The notes beneath the pieces are model-generated. The model was not told where the DNA came from. It worked only from the letters and a program-made list of their open reading frames with translations, and searched no databases. Positions 30,904 through 40,135 of a stretch of DNA of 64,000 nucleotides are shown piece after piece; within the stretch, counting starts at the first letter, position 1, and each line of letters opens with the position of its first letter. This DNA is from a virus. The position numbers and the translations under genes are program-made. The stretch lies in the IMG/VR virus record IMGVR_UViG_3300022744_000001, positions 322,022 through 386,021 of that record, one strand, 5' to 3'.

Positions 30904-32099
30904 TATGTGATCCGTTCAAATGCGTTGTTTCTACCCACGTTGATTGGCACAGTGAGGAAGAACAGTCCCTGGGAAAGGGGTTGAAGCGACGACGTGCTAG
31001 GCCCTGTGCGGTCCGGGTTCACCTGTGCTTCAAGTGCAGCCGTAGTTGGAGACACACGGCTGATTGTAAAGGGCAGGGGCACATGGATCTCCCAGTCAGC
31101 CTGCATTTGGACCGATAGAGAGGCCATGTAGTAGTTGGTTTCCGCGGTCTCGTCGTAAGTGTCCTCAGCCTCGCCGCCCATGGACACGTCAGTGATTTCG
31201 ATGCCCTCGTTGGCCAGAGTCGCTCGCTTCTGCCCCCACAAACTCATGACGGCAAAGTCAGCGATCTCCTCCATCTGAATGGGGTCGGTCGCAATCACAT
31301 CGAGGTCAAATGACGCCTCGAACTTGCCGCCGAAGGCGTTCGCGGTATCAACCCGGTCCTCATAGACCACTACCGCGACTTTGTCCCCGGGGCGACCCCG
31401 CTTCCCGAAAGCCAGAATGACCCCAGGCAAAGTTTTGTAGTCGGCAGTGTTCCACTTCCAATCGAACGGACCCAAGGAGTCCAAGTCGTAGCGGTAGTCG
31501 GCCCCGATGACCGAGTTCGGCATGAGCTTGGTTATGAAAGTGACCAGGCCCGTGCTGTAGTTGACTGTGTAGTCGCGGCCCTCGCGCAAGAGGTACCGCC
31601 CGTTCTCCCACAACCGAACCGTGCCTTGAATCGGCACTTGGTCGAGTTGAGCTTCATGCTCAACCCCCGAGGAAACCATCAACAGCGTCTCGTTGGTCAC
31701 GGTGATCATGGGCTTCACCGAGAAGGTACCCACTTCACCGGGAAGGGTGGGGGCCGTAAGACACTCGAGGATGTAAACCCCGGACTGAATGGGCATCATG
31801 TCGTCATTCGCCCGAAGCGTCGCGGCATCCTCTTTGGCCCACTCGAGCAAATACGCGGGCTGCTCAACGTAGGCGAGCATGACCTTGCTGGACACCGTCC
31901 CAAGGTAGTTTTCGCTACTGAGCTGAACCTTGTTGGCGCTCGAGCCCTTGACGACGATGCCAAACTGCGGGCGCTCGTCGAAGGCGAACTTGTTCTGCAC
32001 CCAAGGCACCACCTTCTCGTAGACTGGGTGTCTACTGAAAGAGTCCTGCAACTCCAGGATGAGGCGGCGCTTGAGCGAGGAAGTCAGGTAGTAGTACAC
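30903..32099 (-). CDS. Tail terminator/completion-like protein with inserted Ig-like domain
   Basis: Likely GTG start at 32099 with AGGAG SD; lies upstream of sheath; FEASFDLDVIATDPIQMEEIADF C-terminal domain. Confidence 0.6.
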   Translation of the reverse strand: MYYYLTSSLKRRLILELQDSFSRHPVYEKVVPWVQNKFAFDERPQFGIVVKGSSANKVQLSSENYLGTVSSKVMLAYVEQPAYLLEWAKEDAATLRANDDMMPIQSGVYILECLTAPTLPGEVGTFSVKPMITVTNETLLMVSSGVEHEAQLDQVPIQGTVRLWENGRYLLREGRDYTVNYSTGLVTFITKLMPNSVIGADYRYDLDSLGPFDWKWNTADYKTLPGVILAFGKRGRPGDKVAVVVYEDRVDTANAFGGKFEASFDLDVIATDPIQMEEIADFAVMSLWGQKRATLANEGIEITDVSMGGEAEDTYDETAETNYYMASLSVQMQADWEIHVPLPFTISRVSPTTAALEAQVNPDRTGPSTSSLQPLSQGLFFLTVPINVGRNNAFERIT

Positions 32100-32127
32100 G
32101 GGGCTCCTGGGGGAGCCCGGGTATCGG

Positions 32128-33147
32128 CTACTCGTGCTCCTGCATAGCCAAAACCAAAAGACCTTCTGCAACCGATGTCATGGGGTCCTTGGCCCGGCGG
32201 ATTCCGGAGATGGGGATGGGGAAACCCTTCTTCACGGAGTTGAACTCCTCCTCGAAGACCTGCATGAACCCATCTGCTCGAGTCGTACCTCCCGAGACTA
32301 CGAAGGGGATCGGTTCGGGAAGGTCGATCGTGTTGCGCTCCATCTTGAAGCGCTTGGCAATCTGCTCGAGCGTGTACCGAATCAGAGCCCGAATGTACAG
32401 GGCGATAGCTTCCGCTTCTCGGTTGTCGCTCGAGGGCTTGGAGACGTCGAAGCCGCCCTTCTCCTTGATCGAACATACCCGGGTAGCCGTCGAACCCAGC
32501 GCCTTGGCCGCATGGCCGTCAATCCAGTCGCCGCCACGGGCCAGGGAGAAGGACATGCCCATCATCGTTTGGAAGGACAAGGCCACGTTGCACATGCCCG
32601 ACCCGTAGCTGATCGAGACGCCGGAGAAGTTGGTGTCGGCACACTGGCTGTAAATGATAGCCATGGCCTCATTCATCGGGTGCGCCGTGTACCCATGCTC
32701 CTCGACGATCTTGCGGAAGACCTCGGTATGGTACAGGACGTTCTGGTCAGGCATGTCGATGGGGTCAGCGGGCACGCTGTAAAAGCAGTGCTCCTTGGGC
32801 ACCACCGGCTCCCCGAGGACGTTGTGGATGATGTACGAAAGAACTCGCTGGGCATCCAACTCGCCCGCGGAAATGAGGCCCTTGGCCAGCGGCCGACGAA
32901 CCTCGCGCTTGAAGATGTTGGCCATGTTCAAAGCGCTGTCACCTACCACGATGAGCTGGTCGGACCAGTCCGGTTCGTAGTAGTCCACCTTGGACATCTT
33001 CAGGATTTTCTTCGTCTCCGGGTCCAAGTCCAAGAAGGCGTCGCGGATACGTCGAGTCTTGACCACACCCTCTTCGTGACGGGCCGAGACGATATTCATG
33101 GTACCGATGTCGATGCCGACACCGGGAATGCGGTTATTGGTAGTCAT
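32128..33147 (-). CDS. Actin-superfamily ATPase, volactin-like
   Basis: Phosphate-1 GIDIGTMNIVSAR, connect-1 NEAMAIIYS, phosphate-2 SISYGSGMCNV, ARGGDWID, adenosine VVSGGT, connect-2 DPMTSVAEG. YSVPADPID...LYH and NIF..E.RRP match the haloarchaeal volactin pattern as I recall it. Confidence 0.88.
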   Translation of the reverse strand: MTTNNRIPGVGIDIGTMNIVSARHEEGVVKTRRIRDAFLDLDPETKKILKMSKVDYYEPDWSDQLIVVGDSALNMANIFKREVRRPLAKGLISAGELDAQRVLSYIIHNVLGEPVVPKEHCFYSVPADPIDMPDQNVLYHTEVFRKIVEEHGYTAHPMNEAMAIIYSQCADTNFSGVSISYGSGMCNVALSFQTMMGMSFSLARGGDWIDGHAAKALGSTATRVCSIKEKGGFDVSKPSSDNREAEAIALYIRALIRYTLEQIAKRFKMERNTIDLPEPIPFVVSGGTTRADGFMQVFEEEFNSVKKGFPIPISGIRRAKDPMTSVAEGLLVLAMQEHE

Positions 33148-33149
33148 TG

Positions 33150-33163
33150 CCCTATCTACACCG
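33150..33163 (-). promoter_or_regulatory. CGGTGTA promoter-like motif, probably leaderless, before actin gene
   Basis: CGGTGTAGATAGGG; 9 nt between heptamer and ATG; motif recurs at 21593, 36779 and 54465. Confidence 0.55.
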
Positions 33164-33866
33164 AGGGATTCAAAAGTCGCTGCTGGAGAAGGTACCTGTG
33201 TTCCTCATGCTTGTCCTCGATGCCTGCGATGAGGTTGTCCGTACCACGGCTCAACGAGCTGTTGTTCTTCAACAGCTCAACGATCTTGGTGACGCCGAGG
33301 CTCAACAGGGCCTCAGCTTCCAAGCTCTTCTGTACCAGCTCCGCCGCCGACTCCCCTGGCTGCCCCAGCGAGTTCAGGATATCGGCCACACAGCTTGCTT
33401 GAGCCCGGAAGTCGGCGATCAAAGTCGCCCCGGTGCTCCCCACGGCACGTTCTGCAACCGAGTCAATCTCCGGAAGCATGCCGTTGTAGAGCCGCTCAAA
33501 GAGCAGGTGGTCCCCGTAGGAGGTGTTGCCTTTCGTAACCCAGTGGTGGGTCTGGTGCACCATTGCCACCGCACGAAGGAACACGAGCAGCCCAGCCATC
33601 TCGGTACCTGGGGACGCAGCGAACACACTGAAAACCTGCGAGGCGGCCTTTAGCCGAGCCGAAGGCAAATAAGGTGGCCCATGGAGGTACGGATCATAGG
33701 ACGAGGGGTCCTGCCAGATCGCCTGGGTAGCGTCGTTAGAATAGGGGGGCGACGCTACTCCAGGGAAGTCAGGACCCGCCCTGAACAGCGGCTCCTGGGC
33801 CACTTTGGATGTGCCGGGCGACGTGCGCGCGACCAACGAGCTTGTCTTGTCGAGCAGGGATTTCAT
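33156..33866 (-). CDS. Dps/ferritin-like protein with N-terminal extension
   Basis: Dps signature HQTHHWVTKG..SYGDHLLFERLY...IDSVAER, C-terminal EDKHEEHRYLL; about 85 extra N-terminal residues. Confidence 0.85.
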   Translation of the reverse strand: MKSLLDKTSSLVARTSPGTSKVAQEPLFRAGPDFPGVASPPYSNDATQAIWQDPSSYDPYLHGPPYLPSARLKAASQVFSVFAASPGTEMAGLLVFLRAVAMVHQTHHWVTKGNTSYGDHLLFERLYNGMLPEIDSVAERAVGSTGATLIADFRAQASCVADILNSLGQPGESAAELVQKSLEAEALLSLGVTKIVELLKNNSSLSRGTDNLIAGIEDKHEEHRYLLQQRLLNPSV

Positions 33867-33900
33867 CGCGGGCCTCCGCCCTTAACGGAATACAGAAACA

Positions 33901-34545
33901 CTATTGATCTTTGCTCTTGCCTTTACGAAGGCCCTTCAGAGCCTTCGAAGCATCGGCAAGAGAGCCTGCATCCGAGGCTTCCTCTTTGAGGGAGACTCGG
34001 GCTTCGCCATTGTTGTCGGACTTGATCTGGGACGGGATGTAGATTGGAGCAGAGTCATCCACGTCGAGACCCGAAGACGCCGGAGCGCCCGTCACATTTT
34101 GAATGACCGTGGTCGGGCGAGACTTCACCAGCTCGAGGATGGCGTCCAACTTTGCATCCTTCCCCGTCGCCTCTTTCAGCTCCCGCTCGAGCCGCCCCAC
34201 CTCTCCTTTGAGGTGGACGTTCAACCCGTAAAGGTCGCCATTCTCCTTGATGAGCTGGGCGTTCTCTTCGCGGAGAGTTTCGTTTTCCAGGCTCAACCGG
34301 TCACGCTCCTCTTGAAGCTTGGGCACGGGAGGGGCCGCATGCGAGGGAGCGATAACCCGCAACACGCTATTGGCCTTGAGCTGAAAAATCACCCCTTGGG
34401 AGAGCAGCCTCCAGAGGTCTTTGGACTTGACTGCTTGAGCCCCCAAAATCGGAGTGGCTTCCCCTTTGGGTACCATCACGCCGATGTCCTCGATGAGCTT
34501 GTCCTCGCTCACTCCACATACGATCATATCTCCATTGCTGCTCAT
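33901..34545 (-). CDS. Coiled-coil protein (candidate actin partner)
   Basis: Heptad segment LQEERDRLSLENETLREENAQLIKENGDL...LERELKE; basic amphipathic C-terminus LADASKALKGLRKGK; ATG 34545 with AAGGA SD. Confidence 0.7.
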   Translation of the reverse strand: MSSNGDMIVCGVSEDKLIEDIGVMVPKGEATPILGAQAVKSKDLWRLLSQGVIFQLKANSVLRVIAPSHAAPPVPKLQEERDRLSLENETLREENAQLIKENGDLYGLNVHLKGEVGRLERELKEATGKDAKLDAILELVKSRPTTVIQNVTGAPASSGLDVDDSAPIYIPSQIKSDNNGEARVSLKEEASDAGSLADASKALKGLRKGKSKDQ

Positions 34546-34556
34546 CTGGGTTCCTT

Positions 34557-35054
34557 TCAAAGGCGTAGCTTGCGCTGCCTAGCAGCCTTAGACACCACCT
34601 TCTGGACCTCCTCGACCATAGACTTCCGGATCTGCTTCTTGGCCTCTTCTTTGGCCTTCTCCACAAAGTCGTAGGGCGGGCGACCAGGGTGGACCCACTT
34701 CCCGTCCCGCATCGATTTAGGGGTTGCGGTCCGAAAGATCAACTCCCCCTCCTCAGTGATGATGGGGATAGGGGCTCGAGCCTTCACGAGCCAGGACATC
34801 TGCTTGTTCTTGCGCCCCCGCATCATGTTTGTGAAACCGGGGTGGGTCGAGTAAATCGTCAACGACGAGGGGCCGACCTCAATCTGAATAGCCTTGGAAA
34901 AGGCTCGCTTCGCTCGGTCAGAAAACGTGGACTGGAACAGTTTGTGACGAAGCCGAGCGAGAACGCTGGCCTTCACGCGGCGAAGCGCTCGCTCTGGGGT
35001 TACATCGAGGTCCCGAACAAGCGGTTTGCCATAGACTGATCCAAAACGGTCCAT
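34557..35054 (-). CDS. Basic neck/tail-completion-like protein
   Basis: 165 aa, W.HPG..P..F motif (KWVHPGRPPYDFVEKA) as in phage virion morphogenesis proteins; overlaps upstream stop. Confidence 0.55.
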   Translation of the reverse strand: MDRFGSVYGKPLVRDLDVTPERALRRVKASVLARLRHKLFQSTFSDRAKRAFSKAIQIEVGPSSLTIYSTHPGFTNMMRGRKNKQMSWLVKARAPIPIITEEGELIFRTATPKSMRDGKWVHPGRPPYDFVEKAKEEAKKQIRKSMVEEVQKVVSKAARQRKLRL

Positions 35055-36406
35055 CAGTAGGTCGTGTTCTTCCAGGTGGTGGTGCGACCACGGTACTCAC
35101 GCTCGTCCCCAATCAATGGGTGATCGGTGACGTCATTCGGCGCCCCGAACTCAGGACCACGAGGCGCGAACTGCGTAGCAACGAACTTCACCGGGTTGCC
35201 CACCGGTACCTTGTACCGAATGTCCTTCTCGTCAAAGGACCCGATGTTGAAGTGCTGCTGCATCACCATGCCGCGGTTCGAGGGCATTCGAACCCCACCA
35301 ATTGAGAAGCGCTCCCCATTGAGCTTCATGATGAAGTCGCGGTGGCTGAGGATTGGTTGGGGGCCCGTCCAGACCTCATACACGTGCTCCTGGTTCCGGC
35401 CCATTTCCTTCTGAGAGACCTTCACCTCTGCATCGTCCGGGGCAACGATGATGTCGTAAGGACCCTCGTAGCCTCCCACGTACCCTGTCCCAAAGCACTT
35501 GAGACAATCGGAGAGAGGTTGCTTGTGGTGATCGGAAATGCACACGCACGGGACCCCAGTGTTCTTGCGAAGAAACACCTTCACCCGCTCGCCACCCTGC
35601 TCGAGGATGAAACGATTACGCCGAATGGCCTCCCGCCAAATCCAATCCAGCTTCTCGACCTCGAACGTGTTCGTAGCCGCGGCGTGCTCGAGAGGTGTCT
35701 CCACCAAGTCCTGGGGCTGCACCAGGGCAAGGTTGCACCCAACCGGCACCCCAACCGTCGTGACTCGGTAGAAGACACGCTGATTGAGGTCAGTCTTGAG
35801 CAAAGACCTCGTGTACCGGTAGGTGCAAGTCACCCGGCTCTGAGGGGTTGGGGCGACCACGGGGTAGTAGGTTTGCTTGGAGGTGTCCGGGTAGAGGTTG
35901 ACGTCGATCTCGACCTCTCCGGTACTCCCGTTGACCCGCAACACTCGAGCTTCAACCCCGTCAACGAAAACTCGAACGTCTCGAGCATCCTTCGTCGGGA
36001 TTCGATTCTGAGCCCCCTCTGCAACGATGGGGTAGTGAAGCGTCTTGAAGACGTACCGCTTTTCGTCTCGACCCGTAGAAGCCACTCCGAAGATCGTGAA
36101 GTTGTCGGTCACGTCTTCATCAACCACCAGCTCATTGTCGGTTTGGTCTCTCCAAAACGTGGACCCAACCGGCAAATCCGTGATGCGGGAGTACGGCCCA
36201 AACTCGGAGTCGAAGCTACGGTACACGTTGACGCCGAGGATCTGGAATCGGCTGTTAAGCATGAGATGGGACGGGTCATCCCACCGAAGGTCGATGAGAT
36301 TCCTCGTCCCATCCATCATGAACAGGTTGAGAGGTGGAGCTGGCCAGGGGGTCTTGGTCAGCTCCAACGGGTCAACACTGCGGTCTCGATCTCCACCTAG
36401 CGCCAT
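35054..36406 (-). CDS. Neck / head-closure protein with Zn finger
   Basis: ILEQGGERVKVFLRKNTGVPCVC...CLKCFGTGYVGGY; located in neck block; N-terminal FN3/Ig-like segments. Confidence 0.6.
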   Translation of the reverse strand: MALGGDRDRSVDPLELTKTPWPAPPLNLFMMDGTRNLIDLRWDDPSHLMLNSRFQILGVNVYRSFDSEFGPYSRITDLPVGSTFWRDQTDNELVVDEDVTDNFTIFGVASTGRDEKRYVFKTLHYPIVAEGAQNRIPTKDARDVRVFVDGVEARVLRVNGSTGEVEIDVNLYPDTSKQTYYPVVAPTPQSRVTCTYRYTRSLLKTDLNQRVFYRVTTVGVPVGCNLALVQPQDLVETPLEHAAATNTFEVEKLDWIWREAIRRNRFILEQGGERVKVFLRKNTGVPCVCISDHHKQPLSDCLKCFGTGYVGGYEGPYDIIVAPDDAEVKVSQKEMGRNQEHVYEVWTGPQPILSHRDFIMKLNGERFSIGGVRMPSNRGMVMQQHFNIGSFDEKDIRYKVPVGNPVKFVATQFAPRGPEFGAPNDVTDHPLIGDEREYRGRTTTWKNTTY

Positions 36407-36439
36407 AGGCCCTCTTCCAAGGGCCCAGGGATAAGGAAA

Positions 36440-36766
36440 TCAAGCCGAAGCAGGTTGCGTGTTCGGAAGCGGCTCAACCAGGGTGATAACGCCCGTCTGA
36501 GCGTCAATCCGAACGGGGTGCGCCGGGGGAATCCCACGGGACACCAGAACCGTCTCGAACAGACGTTGGCGCTCGAGGTCCACGTTCTGCGCCGCACGGA
36601 GCGTCTTGATCTTCTCCTGCTCGAGGTCAAGGATGCGCTCGGCCAGCTGCATACGAGCCCCCTGCATCTCCTCGAAACGCTTCAACGTCTGCGCGTCGAG
36701 GGGATCGTTGGCTGTCAACTTGGGTTGTTCTTGAGTCTGCGTCTCTGTGCTCATCTGAGGCTCCAT
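36440..36766 (-). CDS. Small coiled-coil hypothetical protein
   Basis: Start ATG 36766 (12 nt after CGGTGTA) or 36754; the track's extension to 37093 overlaps the adaptor gene. Confidence 0.65.
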   Translation of the reverse strand: MEPQMSTETQTQEQPKLTANDPLDAQTLKRFEEMQGARMQLAERILDLEQEKIKTLRAAQNVDLERQRLFETVLVSRGIPPAHPVRIDAQTGVITLVEPLPNTQPASA

Positions 36767-36786
36767 TTGGGTACCTACTACACCGG

Positions 36787-37677
36787 TCACATGCCGAGGA
36801 ACTTGCCAGGGCTCAGTACACCGCGACCCTGATAAGGGCCGAAACTCGACCGGATACCGGCACCGTACTTCGGCTGTTGAAGACCCTTCGTGATTTTGAT
36901 CGTGGCCTTCATCTTCTCCAACATCTTGTCGAACTGGTCTGAAGCCCCTTGCTTGAGATCCCCGTATTTGCTGGACCGCTCCAGGTCGAGAGATACCCCG
37001 CCAATGGAGTACCCAAACTCCTCGGAAACCCAGTTTGTCTGCACCGCTTGAAGGGCCCAGTACATCGCCCCTTGGATAAGCAACGCTTTCCACTCCGAGC
37101 GGGCTTGAATCATCTGGTCGATGCTAGCAAAAGGGGTTCGCGGAGGGGCCGCGATGATCATGTCCATCGAAAAGCCCAGGTACTCGAGCAACTCCACATC
37201 CTCCCAGATGTACCCGAAGACGCGGTTGAACTGGTTGATAGTCTCCTCGTGAGACGGGGGCCGAAAGTGGTAGTTGCGGTCCGGGTCATTGTCCCGCAAC
37301 GCAATGCGAAGACTCCGAATCAAAGCGAGCTGGGTATCCGTGTACGGAGACGGGGGCAACGCTTGGCGATCCTGCACGGAGAATTCTTGCACAACCGTTT
37401 GGAGCGGGCCGCCAACCATCTCCCGCATAGCCCAACGGATACGGTACTCCCCCACATTGCAGTCGGTCGGGATGATGATACTTGCGTAGTATTCCCCCAC
37501 CGAGGGGTTCGCAGGGAAGCGCTTCTGCGGGCCCACAAGGGCTTCCATACCCGTGGTGAAGTCGTAGATAGCGTAGGAGATTTCCGCGGCGTTTATCGGG
37601 TGCCCAGAGGCGTTGGTCAAGAAAATGTTGAGGTCGTCTCGACCCAACTGCTGACCACGAAGATAAAGAACTCCCAT
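36787..37677 (-). CDS. Head-tail adaptor-like protein (N-terminal Ig-like + helical domain)
   Basis: LIRSLRIALRDNDPDRNYHF...IWEDVEL...EEFGYSIGGVSLDL fits the adaptor pattern; N-terminal domain paralogous to 37681. Confidence 0.65.
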   Translation of the reverse strand: MGVLYLRGQQLGRDDLNIFLTNASGHPINAAEISYAIYDFTTGMEALVGPQKRFPANPSVGEYYASIIIPTDCNVGEYRIRWAMREMVGGPLQTVVQEFSVQDRQALPPSPYTDTQLALIRSLRIALRDNDPDRNYHFRPPSHEETINQFNRVFGYIWEDVELLEYLGFSMDMIIAAPPRTPFASIDQMIQARSEWKALLIQGAMYWALQAVQTNWVSEEFGYSIGGVSLDLERSSKYGDLKQGASDQFDKMLEKMKATIKITKGLQQPKYGAGIRSSFGPYQGRGVLSPGKFLGM

Positions 37678-37680
37678 GGC

Positions 37681-38133
37681 TCACCACCCACTCTTCCCGC
37701 CACACGAGCAGGAACACGGTTTCTTGCACCCACACGCCGGAGTATTCACGCTCGAGCAGCCGCCCGAACTGGTACCCCCGTAGTTGCAGTATTGCGAGGA
37801 GTCGAAGACTTTGAAGCAGAACTTGCTCGAGAGCACTGGCCCGTTGAACACTTCCTGCACCTTCCACTCGACGCACCAGTCCCCGGGTTGCCCACACTGT
37901 CCAGCAACACCCGTGGCGTAATACTCCCCCACGTCTACCCGGACGGGGGTCCGACACTCCGGACCAACCCGAGTCGCGCACTGTGCGTTCTTCGGGTAGT
38001 AGTACATCGTGTACTTCACGCTGTAAGGATCGAGAGGGTTGTTCGCAAGGTCAGTGACGAACAGGGGAAGGTCCCCCCGCTGGAAAACATGACCCCAAAC
38101 GAATACGCCCGAACTTGATGTACTAGCAGGCAC
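37681..38133 (-). CDS. Ig-like virion protein with Cys-rich tail
   Basis: GTG 38133 with AGGAGG SD; paralogous to adaptor N-domain (VGP..R.P....VGEYYA); ends CGCKKPCSCSCGGKSGW. Confidence 0.7.
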   Translation of the reverse strand: MPASTSSSGVFVWGHVFQRGDLPLFVTDLANNPLDPYSVKYTMYYYPKNAQCATRVGPECRTPVRVDVGEYYATGVAGQCGQPGDWCVEWKVQEVFNGPVLSSKFCFKVFDSSQYCNYGGTSSGGCSSVNTPACGCKKPCSCSCGGKSGW

Positions 38134-38530
38134 CCTTTCCTCCTGGCTCGGTAAATGACGCCCTGAGCCCCGACGGGGCCGCAATGCCCGTCCCTGCATT
38201 CACATCGTAGTCCTGCGCGACAATCTGGTTGCCCACGGTATAGGTGATGAGCAACCGCCAGTACCCAACTGCATTGGGCCGGAATCGAATGCCGTACGGG
38301 CCATTAGTGATGGGCAACCAGTAGATTTTGCCTGCGGCAATTTGAGCATCCACCACGCTCACGCCGGAGACCAACGCCCAAGGCTGCAACACGTTGTTGA
38401 AGTAGAGCTGGCTAGTAACATCCGAAATGCCAAGGTTTGGCACACGAGTGAACCCATCGAGCTGGAAAAAGTCAGCTTGGTCGTAGACAACCTGGTTCGA
38501 GTAGACTAGACGCCCTCTGGTCGTGGACAT
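38123..38530 (-). CDS. Ig-like virion protein, paralog B
   Basis: Aligns end to end with 38546..38944 (DFF..DG.TR...AAGK.YW...Y.IRF.PN..G.WR). Confidence 0.75.
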   Translation of the reverse strand: MSTTRGRLVYSNQVVYDQADFFQLDGFTRVPNLGISDVTSQLYFNNVLQPWALVSGVSVVDAQIAAGKIYWLPITNGPYGIRFRPNAVGYWRLLITYTVGNQIVAQDYDVNAGTGIAAPSGLRASFTEPGGKGAC

Positions 38531-38545
38531 GCGCGCCCTCTCTAC

Positions 38546-38944
38546 TCACCCCCGAAAGAAGGAAGTCTTGATCCCGATGCTGCCAACCCCCGCTGCTTGA
38601 GGTACCACGTCGTAGGTGAACGACACGGTCTGGTCTTCTGCGGGGTACGCAAGGATCACCCGCCAGAGCCCAATCACGTTCGGGTAGAACCGAATGTTGT
38701 AAAAGCCTGCGGACGGCTCTGTCCAGTACACCTTGCCTGCGGCCACACGCACATCCGGGATGCCCGCACCGGAAGTCAATGGCCACGCAAGCTGCGTCCC
38801 GTTCAGGGAGAGGTCAAGCTGGAGGTCGCTGACCAAAAGACCCGTCGCTCGGGTCACACCATCCCCGAGGAAGAAATCGATTGGCTCGAGCACCATCCGG
38901 TTCGCTTGAACCGAACGAGCCGGAGGCATGTTCACCAAAGCCAT
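38546..38944 (-). CDS. Ig-like virion protein, paralog A
   Basis: Paralog of 38123..38530; GGAG SD. Confidence 0.75.
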   Translation of the reverse strand: MALVNMPPARSVQANRMVLEPIDFFLGDGVTRATGLLVSDLQLDLSLNGTQLAWPLTSGAGIPDVRVAAGKVYWTEPSAGFYNIRFYPNVIGLWRVILAYPAEDQTVSFTYDVVPQAAGVGSIGIKTSFFRG

Positions 38945-38996
38945 GTTCCACTCCGTGGGTTGCTACATCACCACGGCCTATCAGTGGAATAGAGCC

Positions 38997-39245
38997 TTAG
39001 CTCATATGGCAGATTGATTTTAAGTTTTTGATCGCGTTCGCGTACGGCTGAGCAGCCACTTTGCCGCTGTTGTTGAACCAAGCCGTCTTGAGTTCCTCGA
39101 TGTTGCAAATCGAGGTGTCGAAGACAAAGTACACGCGATTGTTTTCGCGGTCAGTTCTCTTCAACTCCACACCGGCTGTTTGCAGGTACGCAGCAAAATA
39201 CAGGTCGGGAGTCCGGAAGTCGGACTTGGCAGCTTGTTTCGACAT
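38997..39245 (-). CDS. DUF5659-like small protein
   Basis: FRTPDLYFAAYLQTAG...RVYFVF pattern; ATG 39245 with GAGG SD. Confidence 0.7.
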   Translation of the reverse strand: MSKQAAKSDFRTPDLYFAAYLQTAGVELKRTDRENNRVYFVFDTSICNIEELKTAWFNNSGKVAAQPYANAIKNLKSICHMS

Positions 39246-39301
39246 TTGGGCCTCATATGGGTCTGGTCTTTTGCCACGATTGCATCGGGCGAAGAACATA
39301 G

Positions 39302-39353
39302 AATCTGGGTCTACAGCTACATCTAAGCGGCCCCTGGAGGTACCCAGGGGCCG
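39302..39353 (-). promoter_or_regulatory. GC hairpin + hexamer repeat element
   Basis: Perfect 10-bp stem CGGCCCCTGG/CCAGGGGCCG, no U-tract, then TAGATG TAGCTG TAGACC CAGATT. Confidence 0.55.
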
Positions 39354-39363
39354 AGGGTTTCCA

Positions 39364-40119
39364 TCAAGTCAGAACGACCAAGCTCGAGAGCATGTCATTC
39401 GTCTGCACTCGAGCCGACGTCGTGGTGACAGCGATGCCAGGCACGAGTGCCGCAGGGATGTCGATCTGGGTGTCGGTCACCGAGCCGCCGCCAGCCAGGA
39501 TTTGAGCCTCGGTTACTCGCCGAGCGCCCGCACCCACGAGGATGACCGTCGTCTCATAGGTGCCGTAGCCAGCCAGACCCGTCCCGGTGATGCGAAGCGC
39601 GCCCGAGGAGGGCGTGTCCTTGTCCGCGGTCGTGATGGTGGGAGTCGCCACGGCGAAGGGGGTCACGCCATCATCAGCCACCACGGCGATCGCAGCACCG
39701 TTCGAGGGCACGGGCCACCGACGGGAATCCGGATTGAAGCTGCTCGACAGGAACCCGTGAAGGTTACCGAAGAGGAAGCTCTTCTTGGCCACGTCGGTCT
39801 CGACGAACTTGGGGGCCAGCAGGTCTTGCAGAGCCGTCACCTGGGTGTTGGTGGCGCCGCTCAAACCCGACACAGCCTTGATGGTCGTCGAAGACACGTC
39901 CACGGGGCCACCCACCGGAACGGTCGCTGTGATGAGCGCCGAAGCCGAAGCCGACAGGCTTTGGGAAGTCAGGTACGCCTGAATCCTCGTCGCGTCCGGA
40001 CGAGACAGGTACCGGTTCTGGCCGAAGGTCTCCAACGAAGCGTCGAAGGTGGACTTCGGCTCAAGGTCGGCCAGGAAAATCGGCTTGCTCAGGTCTCCTC
40101 GAATAACTGCTACGCGCAT
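39364..40119 (-). CDS. Virion protein with C-terminal IPT/Ig-like domain
   Basis: C-terminal ~90 aa closely similar to that of 40511..41140 (ITTAD.DTPSSG.L.ITGTGL...IPAAL.PG). Confidence 0.75.
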   Translation of the reverse strand: MRVAVIRGDLSKPIFLADLEPKSTFDASLETFGQNRYLSRPDATRIQAYLTSQSLSASASALITATVPVGGPVDVSSTTIKAVSGLSGATNTQVTALQDLLAPKFVETDVAKKSFLFGNLHGFLSSSFNPDSRRWPVPSNGAAIAVVADDGVTPFAVATPTITTADKDTPSSGALRITGTGLAGYGTYETTVILVGAGARRVTEAQILAGGGSVTDTQIDIPAALVPGIAVTTTSARVQTNDMLSSLVVLT

Positions 40120-40135
40120 GGTAAAATCCTCCCCT

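Noticed and set aside
32100-32171. ORF-track upstream starts (32171; likewise 25950, 37093, 38199, 41767, 54284)
   Set aside because: They overlap neighbouring genes or terminators; downstream starts with SD or motif support fit better.
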